The notes under the pieces: generated by a model
Told to the model about the DNA's origin: nothing
The model's input: the letters and a program-made list of their open reading frames with translations, nothing else
Database searches by the model: none
Assembly: GCA_043827405.1 (NCBI GenBank)
Contig: JBDRPD010000025.1
Coordinates: 24,238 to 88,237 of the forward strand
From: Elusimicrobiota bacterium
Lineage (GTDB): Bacteria; Elusimicrobiota; Elusimicrobia; UBA1565
Length of the DNA: 64,000 nucleotides
Reading direction: 5' to 3'
Made by a program: the position numbers and the translations under genes
In this document: positions 50,649 to 60,374 of the stretch, piece by piece
Layout of the letters: the number at the start of each line of letters is the position of its first letter
How positions within the stretch are numbered: the first letter of the stretch is position 1

Positions 50649-51450
50649 TGCCCCCCACTAGACGTTTATGCCCTTCCAGAACCAGCGGGTCCTTGGGATG
50701 TTCCTGCACCGCCAAATGGGAAATCTTAAGCGCCTCGTCCCGCCGGCCCTGCCGGTCGAGCACCATGGCCAGGTTGTAAAGGACGAGAGAGTTCCGCGGA
50801 ACCAGCTTGAGCGCATGCCGCAAGTAGCGTTCAGCTTCTTTAAGCCGTCCCCCTTCGCATAAGACGACGCCGAGATCGATATAGATGCCGGGGCAGGACG
50901 GGTCGAGCTCGAGAGCGCGCTTAACCGCGGCGTCGGCCGGAGAATAGCCGAAGGCCCGCCAGTATTCGTACCAGTTATCAGCGCTCTCGGGCTCGAGGTC
51001 CAGCGCGCACAAGATCGCCTCCTTGCGCATTTTGGGATCGGCCGCGGCGCCCCGCCGGTGCGCCACCGCGACCGCGCGGTGGGAGTCGGCCCGTTCCGGC
51101 GCCAGTTGCTTTGCTTTCGCGGCGTGCTCGACGGCGAGCTTGTAGTAGCTCTCGGCGCTGCCGCCGTTAAGCTCCAGACGGAAACCCCACAGAGAGAACG
51201 CCTCCGCCAAGGCGGCATGGGCCGGCGCGTAGGCCGGCGACTGGTCGAGCGCGTGGCGGAGAAAGGCCACCGCCTTCTCATAGCCTTCGATGTCGTAGAG
51301 CCGCATCATTTTGCGCGCCGCGCACAGGACATCCTCCAGCTTATGCTGCTGGCGGGGCTTTTTGTCCGGCTTCGCGGCCGCGGGATTCACCGGCTTTTTT
51401 CCTCCCGCCGAACCGGCCGGCTGCGCCTTGATTAGGATTACTGGTGCCAT
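50632..51450 (-). CDS. TPR repeat protein
   Basis: Repeated ALxLxP helical-turn motifs. Confidence 0.85.
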   Translation of the reverse strand: MAPVILIKAQPAGSAGGKKPVNPAAAKPDKKPRQQHKLEDVLCAARKMMRLYDIEGYEKAVAFLRHALDQSPAYAPAHAALAEAFSLWGFRLELNGGSAESYYKLAVEHAAKAKQLAPERADSHRAVAVAHRRGAAADPKMRKEAILCALDLEPESADNWYEYWRAFGYSPADAAVKRALELDPSCPGIYIDLGVVLCEGGRLKEAERYLRHALKLVPRNSLVLYNLAMVLDRQGRRDEALKISHLAVQEHPKDPLVLEGHKRLVGGNDEPF

Positions 51451-51454
51451 CGCA

Positions 51455-53563
51455 TTACCCCGAAAGGATGATCTTCAACGCCTCGCCCAGCGAGGTCCGG
51501 CCGTCCGCGACGGCGCCCAGGGCGGCCTCGCGCAAAGTCTGCATGCCCTCGGTCTTGGCCCGCTCAGTGAGCGCATCGACGCTGGCTCCTGAAAGGATGA
51601 GGCTGCGCATCTCGGACGTAGTGATCGGCATGACTTCGAAGATGGGCATGCGCGACGTATAGCCGGTCTGGTTGCACTCCCGGCAGCCGACGCCGCGATA
51701 AAGCTCCGCCAATTCAGCCGCCTCATCCTCCGAAAGGAGCTTCCGCTCGTCCTCCGAAAGCGGCACCTGCAGCTTGCAGGTATCGCACAATACCTTGATC
51801 AGCCGCTGCGCGACGATGAGCTTGACGCTCGCGGCCACCAGGAACGGCGCCATACCCATATGCGTCAGGCGGGCGACTGTCGCCGGCGCGCTGTTGGTGT
51901 GCAAAGTCGAGAGCACCAGATGGCCGGTAATCGAGGCCTTGACCGCGATCTCGGCCGTCTCGATGTCGCGGATTTCGCCGACCAGCATAATATCGGGGTC
52001 CTGACGCAGGAAAGCGCGCAGCACCTTTTCGAAGGTCAGCCCGATGTCGGGCCGGACGGGCACCTGGGTAATCCCGGAGAGCCGGTACTCGACGGGGTCT
52101 TCCGCCGTCATGACATTGACGTCGGGATTGTTTATGGTGCTGATCATGGTATAGAGCGTGGTGGTCTTGCCGCTCCCGGTGGGACCGGTCACAAGGATGA
52201 GCCCGTTGCTGCCCCTAAGCGCCTTGGAGGCGTTCTCGACATCCGCTTCCCGCAGGCCGATATGATCCAGATCGCCCTGCAGCTTGCTGCCGCCGAGCAC
52301 GCGCATTACGATCTTCTCGCCGTTCATGCCGGGCAGGGTGCTCACGCGAAACTCGACCTTCTTCCGGTTGATGGTGGCGCGAAACTGCCCATCCTGGGGC
52401 AGACGCCGTTCCGTGATAACCAGGTCCGACATAATCTTCACCCGGGCGGCAAGCCGTGCCGACAACGAGCTGGGAAACGAGCACAAATGCTTAAGCGAAC
52501 CATTAAGGCGCAGCCGGACGGCGATCTCATGCTCCTGCGGCTCGATATGGATGTCGCTGGCGCCCATCTCGACCGCGCGTACGAGGATCTTGTTCACCCG
52601 GTTGATCAGCGGCGAATCGTTGGCGACGGCCTCGAGGCCGGCCTCGTCATCCACCTTGTCATCATCCTTCTCAATATCGATGAGGAGCTCCTCGGTGCTG
52701 TTGAGGTTCTCACCCTCGAGCTGCTGCAGGTTGGGCATCCCCTCCGGCATCTCGACATCAAACTCTCCGCCGGGCTCTTCCGGGCCGTCCGGCGCCGCGG
52801 TCTCCGCCTCCGCCGTCAGCTCCAATCCCGGCGCCGTCGGCTCCGCCGCGGGCTCAGCGGCGGGCGGCTTAAAGGACCCCTCTATTGCCGCGCCCAGCTC
52901 GATCACCGCCTCGGCCGGAGCCGCCGTTTTCGCCGCGGCCGCCGGCGGCGCCGGCTTATTGCGCGGCGCCGACGGCTTTAACAGCTTGGCGACCGAGGCC
53001 AGCAGCTGGGAGTTGGATACCGGCTTATCGAGAAAGTCCTGAACGTCCAGGTTCATATCCCGCAGCTGCCGCCGGTTGCGCGCCCCGGTGAACATGATCA
53101 TCGGCGTCTTGCGCATTTCCTCATGTCCGCGGAGCTCCTGAATGAGCTCGTAGCCGTTAAGGCCGGGCATGTTGAAGTCGAGCAGGATCAGGTCGGGATG
53201 GTCCCGCAGCGCCTTCTGCAGCCCTTCATTCCCATCCTCGGCCGTATCAACCTCATATCCCTTTTCTTTAAGAAGATAGTGAACGACATCCCGATAATCC
53301 TTACTGTCGTCGACGACAAGAACGCGGCTTGTCGCCGGCACCGCAGCGCGCACCGCGACCGCCGCGCGGCCCGCGGGCCGGGACGGCACCGCGGGGCTGC
53401 TTGCCGTCCGCGGCGGAGGCTCTTTGCGCGGCGGCGGGGATACCGGCGGCGCAGCCGTCTCGATGATCGCCGGCACGGCCGGGGCTGCGGGCTCCGGGTC
53501 GTCGGTAGACAGCAGCCTGTCCAGCTCGTCGAGCAGGTCGTCGTTGATGCCGTTGTCGCTCAT
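51455..53563 (-). CDS. PilB/GspE-family ATPase with N-terminal receiver domain
   Basis: REC (VVDDS, LDFNMP, KP), acidic linker, ASDIHIEP, GPTGSGKT, RQDPD, TGHLVLSTLH, Cys4 motif. Confidence 0.92.
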   Translation of the reverse strand: MSDNGINDDLLDELDRLLSTDDPEPAAPAVPAIIETAAPPVSPPPRKEPPPRTASSPAVPSRPAGRAAVAVRAAVPATSRVLVVDDSKDYRDVVHYLLKEKGYEVDTAEDGNEGLQKALRDHPDLILLDFNMPGLNGYELIQELRGHEEMRKTPMIMFTGARNRRQLRDMNLDVQDFLDKPVSNSQLLASVAKLLKPSAPRNKPAPPAAAAKTAAPAEAVIELGAAIEGSFKPPAAEPAAEPTAPGLELTAEAETAAPDGPEEPGGEFDVEMPEGMPNLQQLEGENLNSTEELLIDIEKDDDKVDDEAGLEAVANDSPLINRVNKILVRAVEMGASDIHIEPQEHEIAVRLRLNGSLKHLCSFPSSLSARLAARVKIMSDLVITERRLPQDGQFRATINRKKVEFRVSTLPGMNGEKIVMRVLGGSKLQGDLDHIGLREADVENASKALRGSNGLILVTGPTGSGKTTTLYTMISTINNPDVNVMTAEDPVEYRLSGITQVPVRPDIGLTFEKVLRAFLRQDPDIMLVGEIRDIETAEIAVKASITGHLVLSTLHTNSAPATVARLTHMGMAPFLVAASVKLIVAQRLIKVLCDTCKLQVPLSEDERKLLSEDEAAELAELYRGVGCRECNQTGYTSRMPIFEVMPITTSEMRSLILSGASVDALTERAKTEGMQTLREAALGAVADGRTSLGEALKIILSG

Positions 53564-54702
53564 TGTATTACCGCCTCCGCCAGGGGACGATTGATCCCGA
53601 AGCGGCCGGCATCTTCTTCAGTATCGCCGCTCGGAGGCATTCGCACCGCGGCCTCCTTGGGATCAACGACGCCGCTGCGCGCCAGCTCGGCGAGCGATTT
53701 TTCCAGCGAGAACATTCCCGCGCGCCCGCCGGTCTCGATCATGTTTTTGATCATATGCGACTTGCCGTCGCGTATCTGATGGGCCACCCCGGCCGTCACC
53801 GACAGAAACTCGCGCGCGGCCACCATGCCGTTCCCATCGGCGCGCGGCAGCAGCACCTGCGATACGACTCCTTTCAAAGAGTTGGAAAGCTGGACGCGGA
53901 TCTGCTGCTGCTGCTCCGCCGGAAAGACATCGACGATGCGGTCGATGGACTGCGCCGAGTCCGCGGTATGCAGCGTCGCGAAACAGAGGTGGCCGGTTTC
54001 CGCCGCGGTCAGCGCCAGGGAGATGGTTTCGACATCGCGCATTTCGCCGATCAGCAGCACGTCGGGATCCTGGCGCAGGGCCTGGCGCAGGGCATGCCCG
54101 AACGACCGGGTATCCACGCCGACCTCTCTTTGCCGAATCACGCTCATCTTGCGCTCGTAGACGAACTCGATAGGGTCCTCGATGGTGATAATGTGCTTGC
54201 GGTGATTCTGATTGATCTTTTCGATCAAGCAGGCCATGGTGGTCGACTTCCCGCTCCCGGTCGGCCCGGTCACGAGGATCAGCCCATGCGGATAGTCCGC
54301 GAGACTCATCACATTGGGCCCGAGGCCCAGGAACTCCGGGGTCGGGATCGTCTCCGGGATGACGCGAAAAACCGCCTCCGCCGCGCCGCGCTGACGCAGG
54401 ACATTGATGCGAAAGCGCGCCGCGTCCTTGATCCGAATCGAGCAGTCCAAATCCATCTGCGCCTCGAACTCGGCCCGCTGCTTCTCGTACAAGCAGGAGT
54501 AGATCATCTTGCGGCAGGATTCGGCGTCCAAAGGAAGAAACTGGGACATCTCGATTAATTCGCCGTTGACGCGCACCATCGGCGGACGGCCTACCGTCAG
54601 ATGGATATCGCTGGCGCCCAAGCCCAAACCGGCGGTTAATATGGAAACCAGGTTCGGCTTCTGCTGCGCCGGGACCGCCTCCGTGATGTCAGAATCCGCC
54701 AT
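53560..54702 (-). CDS. pilT: PilT/PilU-family retraction ATPase
   Basis: ASDIHL, GPTGSGKST, EDPIE, GEMRD, ETGHLCFATLH. Confidence 0.9.
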   Translation of the reverse strand: MADSDITEAVPAQQKPNLVSILTAGLGLGASDIHLTVGRPPMVRVNGELIEMSQFLPLDAESCRKMIYSCLYEKQRAEFEAQMDLDCSIRIKDAARFRINVLRQRGAAEAVFRVIPETIPTPEFLGLGPNVMSLADYPHGLILVTGPTGSGKSTTMACLIEKINQNHRKHIITIEDPIEFVYERKMSVIRQREVGVDTRSFGHALRQALRQDPDVLLIGEMRDVETISLALTAAETGHLCFATLHTADSAQSIDRIVDVFPAEQQQQIRVQLSNSLKGVVSQVLLPRADGNGMVAAREFLSVTAGVAHQIRDGKSHMIKNMIETGGRAGMFSLEKSLAELARSGVVDPKEAAVRMPPSGDTEEDAGRFGINRPLAEAVIQ

Positions 54703-54802
54703 TATTCCCTCCCGCCTTCACTGTGATTCCAGTGTAGCGGAAGGGAGTAACATAACGGTCACGGAGGGGTAAACTTTTAATCAACGAATCGGAAACGACG
54801 CT

Positions 54803-55498
54803 TCAGCCGTCGGCTTTGATGCGGTAGCCGGAGCCGATGACGTTTTCCAGGCGCGAGGAGAACGGCTTGCCCAGCTTCTTTTTAAGGCGGGAAATATGGA
54901 CTTGCAGGGTATGCGAGTCGTTGTAGACGTCGGTTTCATAGCCCCAGACGGTTTCCAGCAGATAATTCTGCGTATGCAGCTTGCCCGGCTTGCGCAGCAG
55001 CACGGTAAGGAGATCGAACTCCTTGCGGGTCAGCGCCACGCTCTTGCCGCGCACCTTGACCGTGCGCTCCACCACGTCAAGCGTCATGCCGAAGCGTGTC
55101 AGCGTATCACCGAGCTCTTCCGGCGCGCTGAAGCGCCGCAGCACGGCGTCGATCTTGGCCAGCAACATATCGGCTTTGACCGGCTTAATGAGGTAATCGT
55201 CGGCGCCGCCGCGCAGGCCGGTCACCATATCTTCATCCTTGACCTTGGAGCCCGAGAGCAGAATCACCGGGATATGCTGGGTGCGCCGATCCTCGCGCAG
55301 GCGCCGGCAGATGTCCCGGCCGTCGGCGTCGCCGAGCATGACATCCATAAGCACCAGATCGGGCCTCGACTCACCCACCTTAAACAGGGCTTCCCCGCCG
55401 CTGTCGCAGGCGACCGAAGAGTACCCGCCCTTCTTCAGCTGCGCCTGGGTGAGCTTGCTGACCGCCGGATCGTCTTCAACGACAAGTATCTTTTTCAC
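54803..55498 (-). CDS. OmpR/PhoB family response regulator (paralog of 47448..48137)
   Basis: Shares LGDADGR, GLRGGADDY, YLLETVWG, VHISRLKKKLG. Confidence 0.92.
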   Translation of the reverse strand: MKKILVVEDDPAVSKLTQAQLKKGGYSSVACDSGGEALFKVGESRPDLVLMDVMLGDADGRDICRRLREDRRTQHIPVILLSGSKVKDEDMVTGLRGGADDYLIKPVKADMLLAKIDAVLRRFSAPEELGDTLTRFGMTLDVVERTVKVRGKSVALTRKEFDLLTVLLRKPGKLHTQNYLLETVWGYETDVYNDSHTLQVHISRLKKKLGKPFSSRLENVIGSGYRIKADG

Positions 55499-55597
55499 TC
55501 TTCGCTCTACGGCGGTATTGTAGCAACAAAGCCGTCCGTTGATCATAATGTTAGCCGGCGTTGACCATGAATTTACCCCCCTCGTATACGCTATAGC

Positions 55598-56719
55598 ATG
55601 TCCCAAGACTCTCCCGCCAAAGTCCTCGTGGTCGAAGACGATCCGACGGTCCTGCGGCTCACCGAGAGCGCGCTCAGCCGCGAGGGCTACCAGGTTTTGG
55701 CGGCCGCCACCGCGGATGCCGGACGGCGCGGCTTTGCGGAGCTGCGGCCGGACCTGGCCCTGCTCGACGTCGAGCTGCCCGACGGCAACGGCGTCGAGCT
55801 GTGCGGCGAGATGCGCGCCCGCGACGACGGGTCGATGCCGATCCTGTTTCTAACCGCGCATAACGAGATCGCGGACCGCCTGCGCGGCTTCGCCGCCGGC
55901 GCCAACGACTATATCCTCAAGCCATTCTCCTTCGACGAACTGACCGCTCGGGTGCGCGTGCATTTGGCGACCAAACAGTCCGGCGATACTTTAGTGCGCG
56001 AAAATCGCAAACTCGAACTGCGGGAGAGAACGCGGCGGGAATTGGCCGACATGATCGTCCACGACCTCAAGACGCCGCTGACCTCCATCCGCGGGACGCT
56101 GAGCATCATCCGGGAGTGCGGGCTGATCCATGACGCGCAGACCGTCCGCCTGCTGCAGATGTCGGAGGGGGCGACGGAGATGATGTCGCTGATGATAAAC
56201 GACATCCTCGACCTCTCCCGGTTCGAGAACGGCGGCGTCGAGCCGAAGCTCGAAGACATCACCGCCGCCGGCTTGTTTGAACGTCTGGTCCGGCTCTTCG
56301 AGCCGCAATGCATGCGCCACAAGGTCGACCTGCGGACCGCCGTGCGCCCCAACGACCTGGCTTTCCGGTCAGACTACATGCTGCTGTTCCGCATGCTTGC
56401 CAATATTACCGCCAACGCCGTCCAGCACTCGCTGCGGACCGGCGGGTCGGAGATCATAATCGAAGCGGCGCGGGAGAACGGCCGGGTGAGGCTCGCGGTC
56501 CTCGACCGCGGTCCGGGCGTGCCGGACGCCGATAAAAAGCGCATCTTCGAGAAGTTCGTGCGCTTGGAGCCGGCCGCAGACCCCATGGAAAAGACTGGGG
56601 GCATCGGCCTGGCATTCTGCCGGCTCGCCGCCGAGGCGCTCGGCGCCAAAATCTGGGTAGAAGACCGGGAAGGCGGCGGCAGCCGGTTCACTATCGAACT
56701 CCCGGCTGAAAAAAGCTAG
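55598..56719 (+). CDS. REC-HisKA-HATPase hybrid kinase
   Basis: Receiver; VHDLKTPL, NAVQH, DRGPGV, GIGL. Confidence 0.92.
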   Translation: MSQDSPAKVLVVEDDPTVLRLTESALSREGYQVLAAATADAGRRGFAELRPDLALLDVELPDGNGVELCGEMRARDDGSMPILFLTAHNEIADRLRGFAAGANDYILKPFSFDELTARVRVHLATKQSGDTLVRENRKLELRERTRRELADMIVHDLKTPLTSIRGTLSIIRECGLIHDAQTVRLLQMSEGATEMMSLMINDILDLSRFENGGVEPKLEDITAAGLFERLVRLFEPQCMRHKVDLRTAVRPNDLAFRSDYMLLFRMLANITANAVQHSLRTGGSEIIIEAARENGRVRLAVLDRGPGVPDADKKRIFEKFVRLEPAADPMEKTGGIGLAFCRLAAEALGAKIWVEDREGGGSRFTIELPAEKS

Positions 56720-59055
56720 CTCCGCGCCGTCACTTCCTGGAGCTTTTCGCGTACGCGCCCGAACTCTTCCTGCATGGCGGCGAATTTCCGGCGCGCCTCA
56801 TCGGGATCGCCGAATTCGGCGACCGCTTCGAGCTCCGCGCACCGCCCGCCCAAGCGGACGGCGCCCATGACGCGGCTTGAGCCTTTTAGCCGGTGCGCCA
56901 GCTTGCGCACCGTCTCGTGGTCGCCGCCGTCGAAAGCCCGCGCGATATCGCCCAAACGCTCGGGCACGTCCTTGAGATATATCCCGATGATCTCATTCAA
57001 GAGCTGCGGCTGATCCTGCGCGGTCTCGCGGATCTCATCGATAACGGACATGTCGATGGCCTCCGCCGGAGCGGCGGCGGACGGCGGCGCATCCTCCCGG
57101 CCGGAGATCCAGCGCTCGAGCATGCTCCCAAGCGCCTCCCTGGTGACGGGCTTGGGCAGGTGATCATTCATGCCGGCCTCCAGGGCCCGCTCCCTATCCG
57201 CCTGGAACGCATGCGCCGTAATCGCGATGATGGGGCCCTGATACGCGCCGCGCCGCCGGATCTCCCGCGCGGCGGCCAAGCCGTCCATAACCGGCATCTC
57301 GCAGTCCATGAGAATGGCCGCGTAGCCGCTCTGGGCATGAAGCGCGACGGCCTCCTGGCCGTTTTTCGCGACGTCGACCTCATAACCAAGATGCTTGATC
57401 AGGCTGCCCAGGACCATTTGGTTGACCGGATCGTCTTCGGCCAAGAGAACACGGGTGCCGTGGGGCACGTTCTGGGATTCGCACCGCGGCTTGTCCGGGA
57501 CCACCCAATCCGCGGCATCGCCCTCCAGCAGCAGCCGCGCCCGCTGATGGAGCGCGTACCGTCCCACCGGCTTGGTCATGCAGGCGTTGCAGTCGCGGTC
57601 AATACCTCTTTTCCTGCAGTAGCTCTCGACGCTGTTGAGCCGGAGCACCCGGACTCCCGCGAGGTCCGGGTCCGCATTAATCGCCTTGATCACATCGGCG
57701 CCGTCCATCCCCTGCATCTGCATATCGAGCAGCAGCAGTTCGAAGGGGCGGCCCGCCTTGACGGCCCCGCGCAGCAGCTCCAGGCCGGTCTTGCCGTCGG
57801 CGGCGCATATCCCGTCGGCGCCCCAGTACTCCATATACCGCGCGAGCCGCTCGCGCAGCGCATCGCTGTCGTCGATGACGAGAATCCGCCTGCCGCGAAA
57901 CGAACCCGCGGTCCCCCGACCGGCCGCGGAGCTCTCCGCCATCGTAAAGCGGGCGGTAAACCAGAACCGGCTGCCCCGGCCCGGCTCGCTTTCTAATCCG
58001 ATCTCCCCTCCCATGCGTTCAACGAGGGTCTTGCAGATCGCGAGACCGAGCCCCGTCCCGCCGAAACGCCGCGTCGTTGAGCTCTCCGCCTGGGTGAATG
58101 AATTGAAAATTTCTCCCAGCTTCCCTTGCGCGATGCCGATCCCCGAGTCGATCACCTCAAACGACAACAGCACCGACTCGTCGCCGCGCTCCGCCACGGC
58201 GACATTCACCAGGACGTCTCCCCGCTCGGCGAACTTAATGGCATTGCCGACCAGGTTCGCCAGCACCTGCTGCAGCCGCACCGGATCCCCGATCAACACG
58301 TAGGGCACGTCCTCCCATATAGAGCTGACGATCTCGATCTTCTTCTTCCGGGCGCCCGGACCCAGCATCTGCAGCCCCTTTTCGACGACCTCGTGCAGGT
58401 CAAATTCGACGCGCTCGAGCTCAAGCTTGTCCGACTCAAGCTTCGAATAGTCGAGGATATTGTTGATGACGCCGAGGAGGTGTTCGCCCGAGCGTTTTAT
58501 CGTGTCCACGAAATCCCGCTGCGAACTGTCAAGCGACGTCGTAGACAGCAGATCGGCCGTTCCGATAACCCCGCACAACGGCGTACGTATCTCGTGGCTC
58601 ATATTGGCGAGAAAAGCCGATTTCACCTGCGCCGCGCGCAGCGCCTCGACTTCGGCATTTTTCCTGGCGGTGATATCGAAGCGAATCGCGACATAATGCT
58701 GCGGCGCGCCGTTCCGATCCAAAATGGGCGTTATCGTCGAGCTGAGCCAGTACAGGTTTCCGCCTTTGTCTTTATTTCTGATCTCGCCCCGCCATACCTC
58801 GCCGCGCCGGATGGTCTCCCACATATCGCGGAAGAACTCCTTGGGATGATGGCCGGAATTGACGATCCGGTGGTCCTTCCCGACAAGCTCGTCGCGCGAG
58901 TACTTAGACAGCATGCAGAAGCGGTCGTTGACATAGACGATCCGGCCCTTAACGTCGGTGATCGCCACGATCGCCGATTCGTCGAGGGCCAGCTTGATGT
59001 CTTTGTGATTGCGCAGCGCCCGGCGCAGCGCTTTTTCCTGCGTTTCCATACCCAA
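56716..59055 (-). CDS. Hybrid histidine kinase PAS-HisKA-HATPase-REC-REC-HPt
   Basis: SHEIRTP, GGTGLGL, two receivers, AHRLKGSS. Confidence 0.94.
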   Translation of the reverse strand: MGMETQEKALRRALRNHKDIKLALDESAIVAITDVKGRIVYVNDRFCMLSKYSRDELVGKDHRIVNSGHHPKEFFRDMWETIRRGEVWRGEIRNKDKGGNLYWLSSTITPILDRNGAPQHYVAIRFDITARKNAEVEALRAAQVKSAFLANMSHEIRTPLCGVIGTADLLSTTSLDSSQRDFVDTIKRSGEHLLGVINNILDYSKLESDKLELERVEFDLHEVVEKGLQMLGPGARKKKIEIVSSIWEDVPYVLIGDPVRLQQVLANLVGNAIKFAERGDVLVNVAVAERGDESVLLSFEVIDSGIGIAQGKLGEIFNSFTQAESSTTRRFGGTGLGLAICKTLVERMGGEIGLESEPGRGSRFWFTARFTMAESSAAGRGTAGSFRGRRILVIDDSDALRERLARYMEYWGADGICAADGKTGLELLRGAVKAGRPFELLLLDMQMQGMDGADVIKAINADPDLAGVRVLRLNSVESYCRKRGIDRDCNACMTKPVGRYALHQRARLLLEGDAADWVVPDKPRCESQNVPHGTRVLLAEDDPVNQMVLGSLIKHLGYEVDVAKNGQEAVALHAQSGYAAILMDCEMPVMDGLAAAREIRRRGAYQGPIIAITAHAFQADRERALEAGMNDHLPKPVTREALGSMLERWISGREDAPPSAAAPAEAIDMSVIDEIRETAQDQPQLLNEIIGIYLKDVPERLGDIARAFDGGDHETVRKLAHRLKGSSRVMGAVRLGGRCAELEAVAEFGDPDEARRKFAAMQEEFGRVREKLQEVTARS

Positions 59056-59128
59056 CTACTGTAGCCGGTAAAGCCGCTCCCGACCACTCAAATCGGCATC
59101 AACAACAGCGGGCCGCCGCCGCAGCGTA

Positions 59129-59965
59129 TTATTCCAGCTGGAAGATGAACTTCTGGGGCACGCGCACGGCCACCGGACGGCCGCGCCGCATGGCGGGAGA
59201 GAACAGCATGGTGCGGGCGGCCTTCTGCGCCGCCTCATCGAAGGCCCGGCCGTCCGAGCGCAGCACCTCGACCGGCGCGGTGCGCCCGTCCTCGCCGATC
59301 TCGAGCTTGAGGAGGACATGGCCCTCGCGGCCGGCGCGGCGCTCGGACTCGGGGTAGAAGCGGCGCAGGTTCTTGAGCAGCTCCTCTTTGTTGAGCAGGC
59401 GGGGCAGGAGATCGAGCGGCTGGCCGGTTCCGGTGCCGTCGCCGGTCCCTTCGCCGTAGCCGCGCCCGCCGCCGGAAAGCGGGGCGCTGCCGGTTCCGTG
59501 CAGCGCTCCGTCCGGGCCGCCCGGGGCGTCGGCGCCCGGCGTCTCCACCGCGCCCTCCGGCACGGCGAGCGGCGGCGGCGCAAAATCCGCCGCGGCGTTC
59601 ACTTTCTCCGCCACCGGCTCGGCGGCGGTCGGCGCGGCGATCGGCTCGGGCCTGGCTTCCGGCAGCGCCGTCACCGGGACGACCGCGGGCGCCGGCTTGG
59701 GCGGCGCCTTGGGCGGCATCTGCGTCAGCGGCGCCTCCTTGGGCGCCAGCGGCTTGGGCGGCGCCTCATACACCGGCCCCGCCCTGCGCCCGCCGGTGCC
59801 CAAAGGGATACTGAGATCGATCTCCATCACCGGGCGGCTCGAGGCGAAGGGATTGCGCAGCCCGATGCCGGCCAGCAGCATCAGTCCGGCATGCAGCGCG
59901 AAGGAAGCTCCCAGGCAGCGCTTAAATAAAATCGGATCGGCGGGAGACGCGGCGAAAAAGCTCAC
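59129..59965 (-). CDS. tonB: TonB energy transducer
   Basis: SFALH TM motif, Pro-rich linker, YP..ERRAGREG C-terminal domain. Confidence 0.88.
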   Translation of the reverse strand: MSFFAASPADPILFKRCLGASFALHAGLMLLAGIGLRNPFASSRPVMEIDLSIPLGTGGRRAGPVYEAPPKPLAPKEAPLTQMPPKAPPKPAPAVVPVTALPEARPEPIAAPTAAEPVAEKVNAAADFAPPPLAVPEGAVETPGADAPGGPDGALHGTGSAPLSGGGRGYGEGTGDGTGTGQPLDLLPRLLNKEELLKNLRRFYPESERRAGREGHVLLKLEIGEDGRTAPVEVLRSDGRAFDEAAQKAARTMLFSPAMRRGRPVAVRVPQKFIFQLE

Positions 59966-60363
59966 CGCGACCGGACCTCCAGGCTGGCCTTGCGGATGCC
60001 TGCCCCGCGCACCACATCCAAAATGCCGACCATCTCCCCGTAGGAAACCGTCTGGTCACCCGCGACCATGACCCGGAGGTTCGGGTTTGTCCGCCGCATG
60101 CCGGAAAGCGTGGCGGCCAGCTCGGCGCGATCGACTTTCCGCCCCGCGAGGTAGAGCTTCCCCCGGCCGTTGTAGACCACCTCCAGCGCCTCGATTTCGG
60201 CGGTCTCCTGATGGGCGGCGGCGGGAACGTCCACCTTGATCGCCCGGCGGTTGATCAAGGGCGCCGTGGCCATGAAGATGATGAGCACGACCAGGATAAT
60301 ATCGACCAACGGGGTGACGTTAATGTCGGTGATCGCATCGGGGGATTCACCGCCGCTCTTCAT
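59962..60363 (-). CDS. exbD: ExbD/TolR
   Basis: INVTPLVDIILVVLIIFM. Confidence 0.92.
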   Translation of the reverse strand: MKSGGESPDAITDINVTPLVDIILVVLIIFMATAPLINRRAIKVDVPAAAHQETAEIEALEVVYNGRGKLYLAGRKVDRAELAATLSGMRRTNPNLRVMVAGDQTVSYGEMVGILDVVRGAGIRKASLEVRSR

Positions 60364-60374
60364 TCAGCCTCCGT

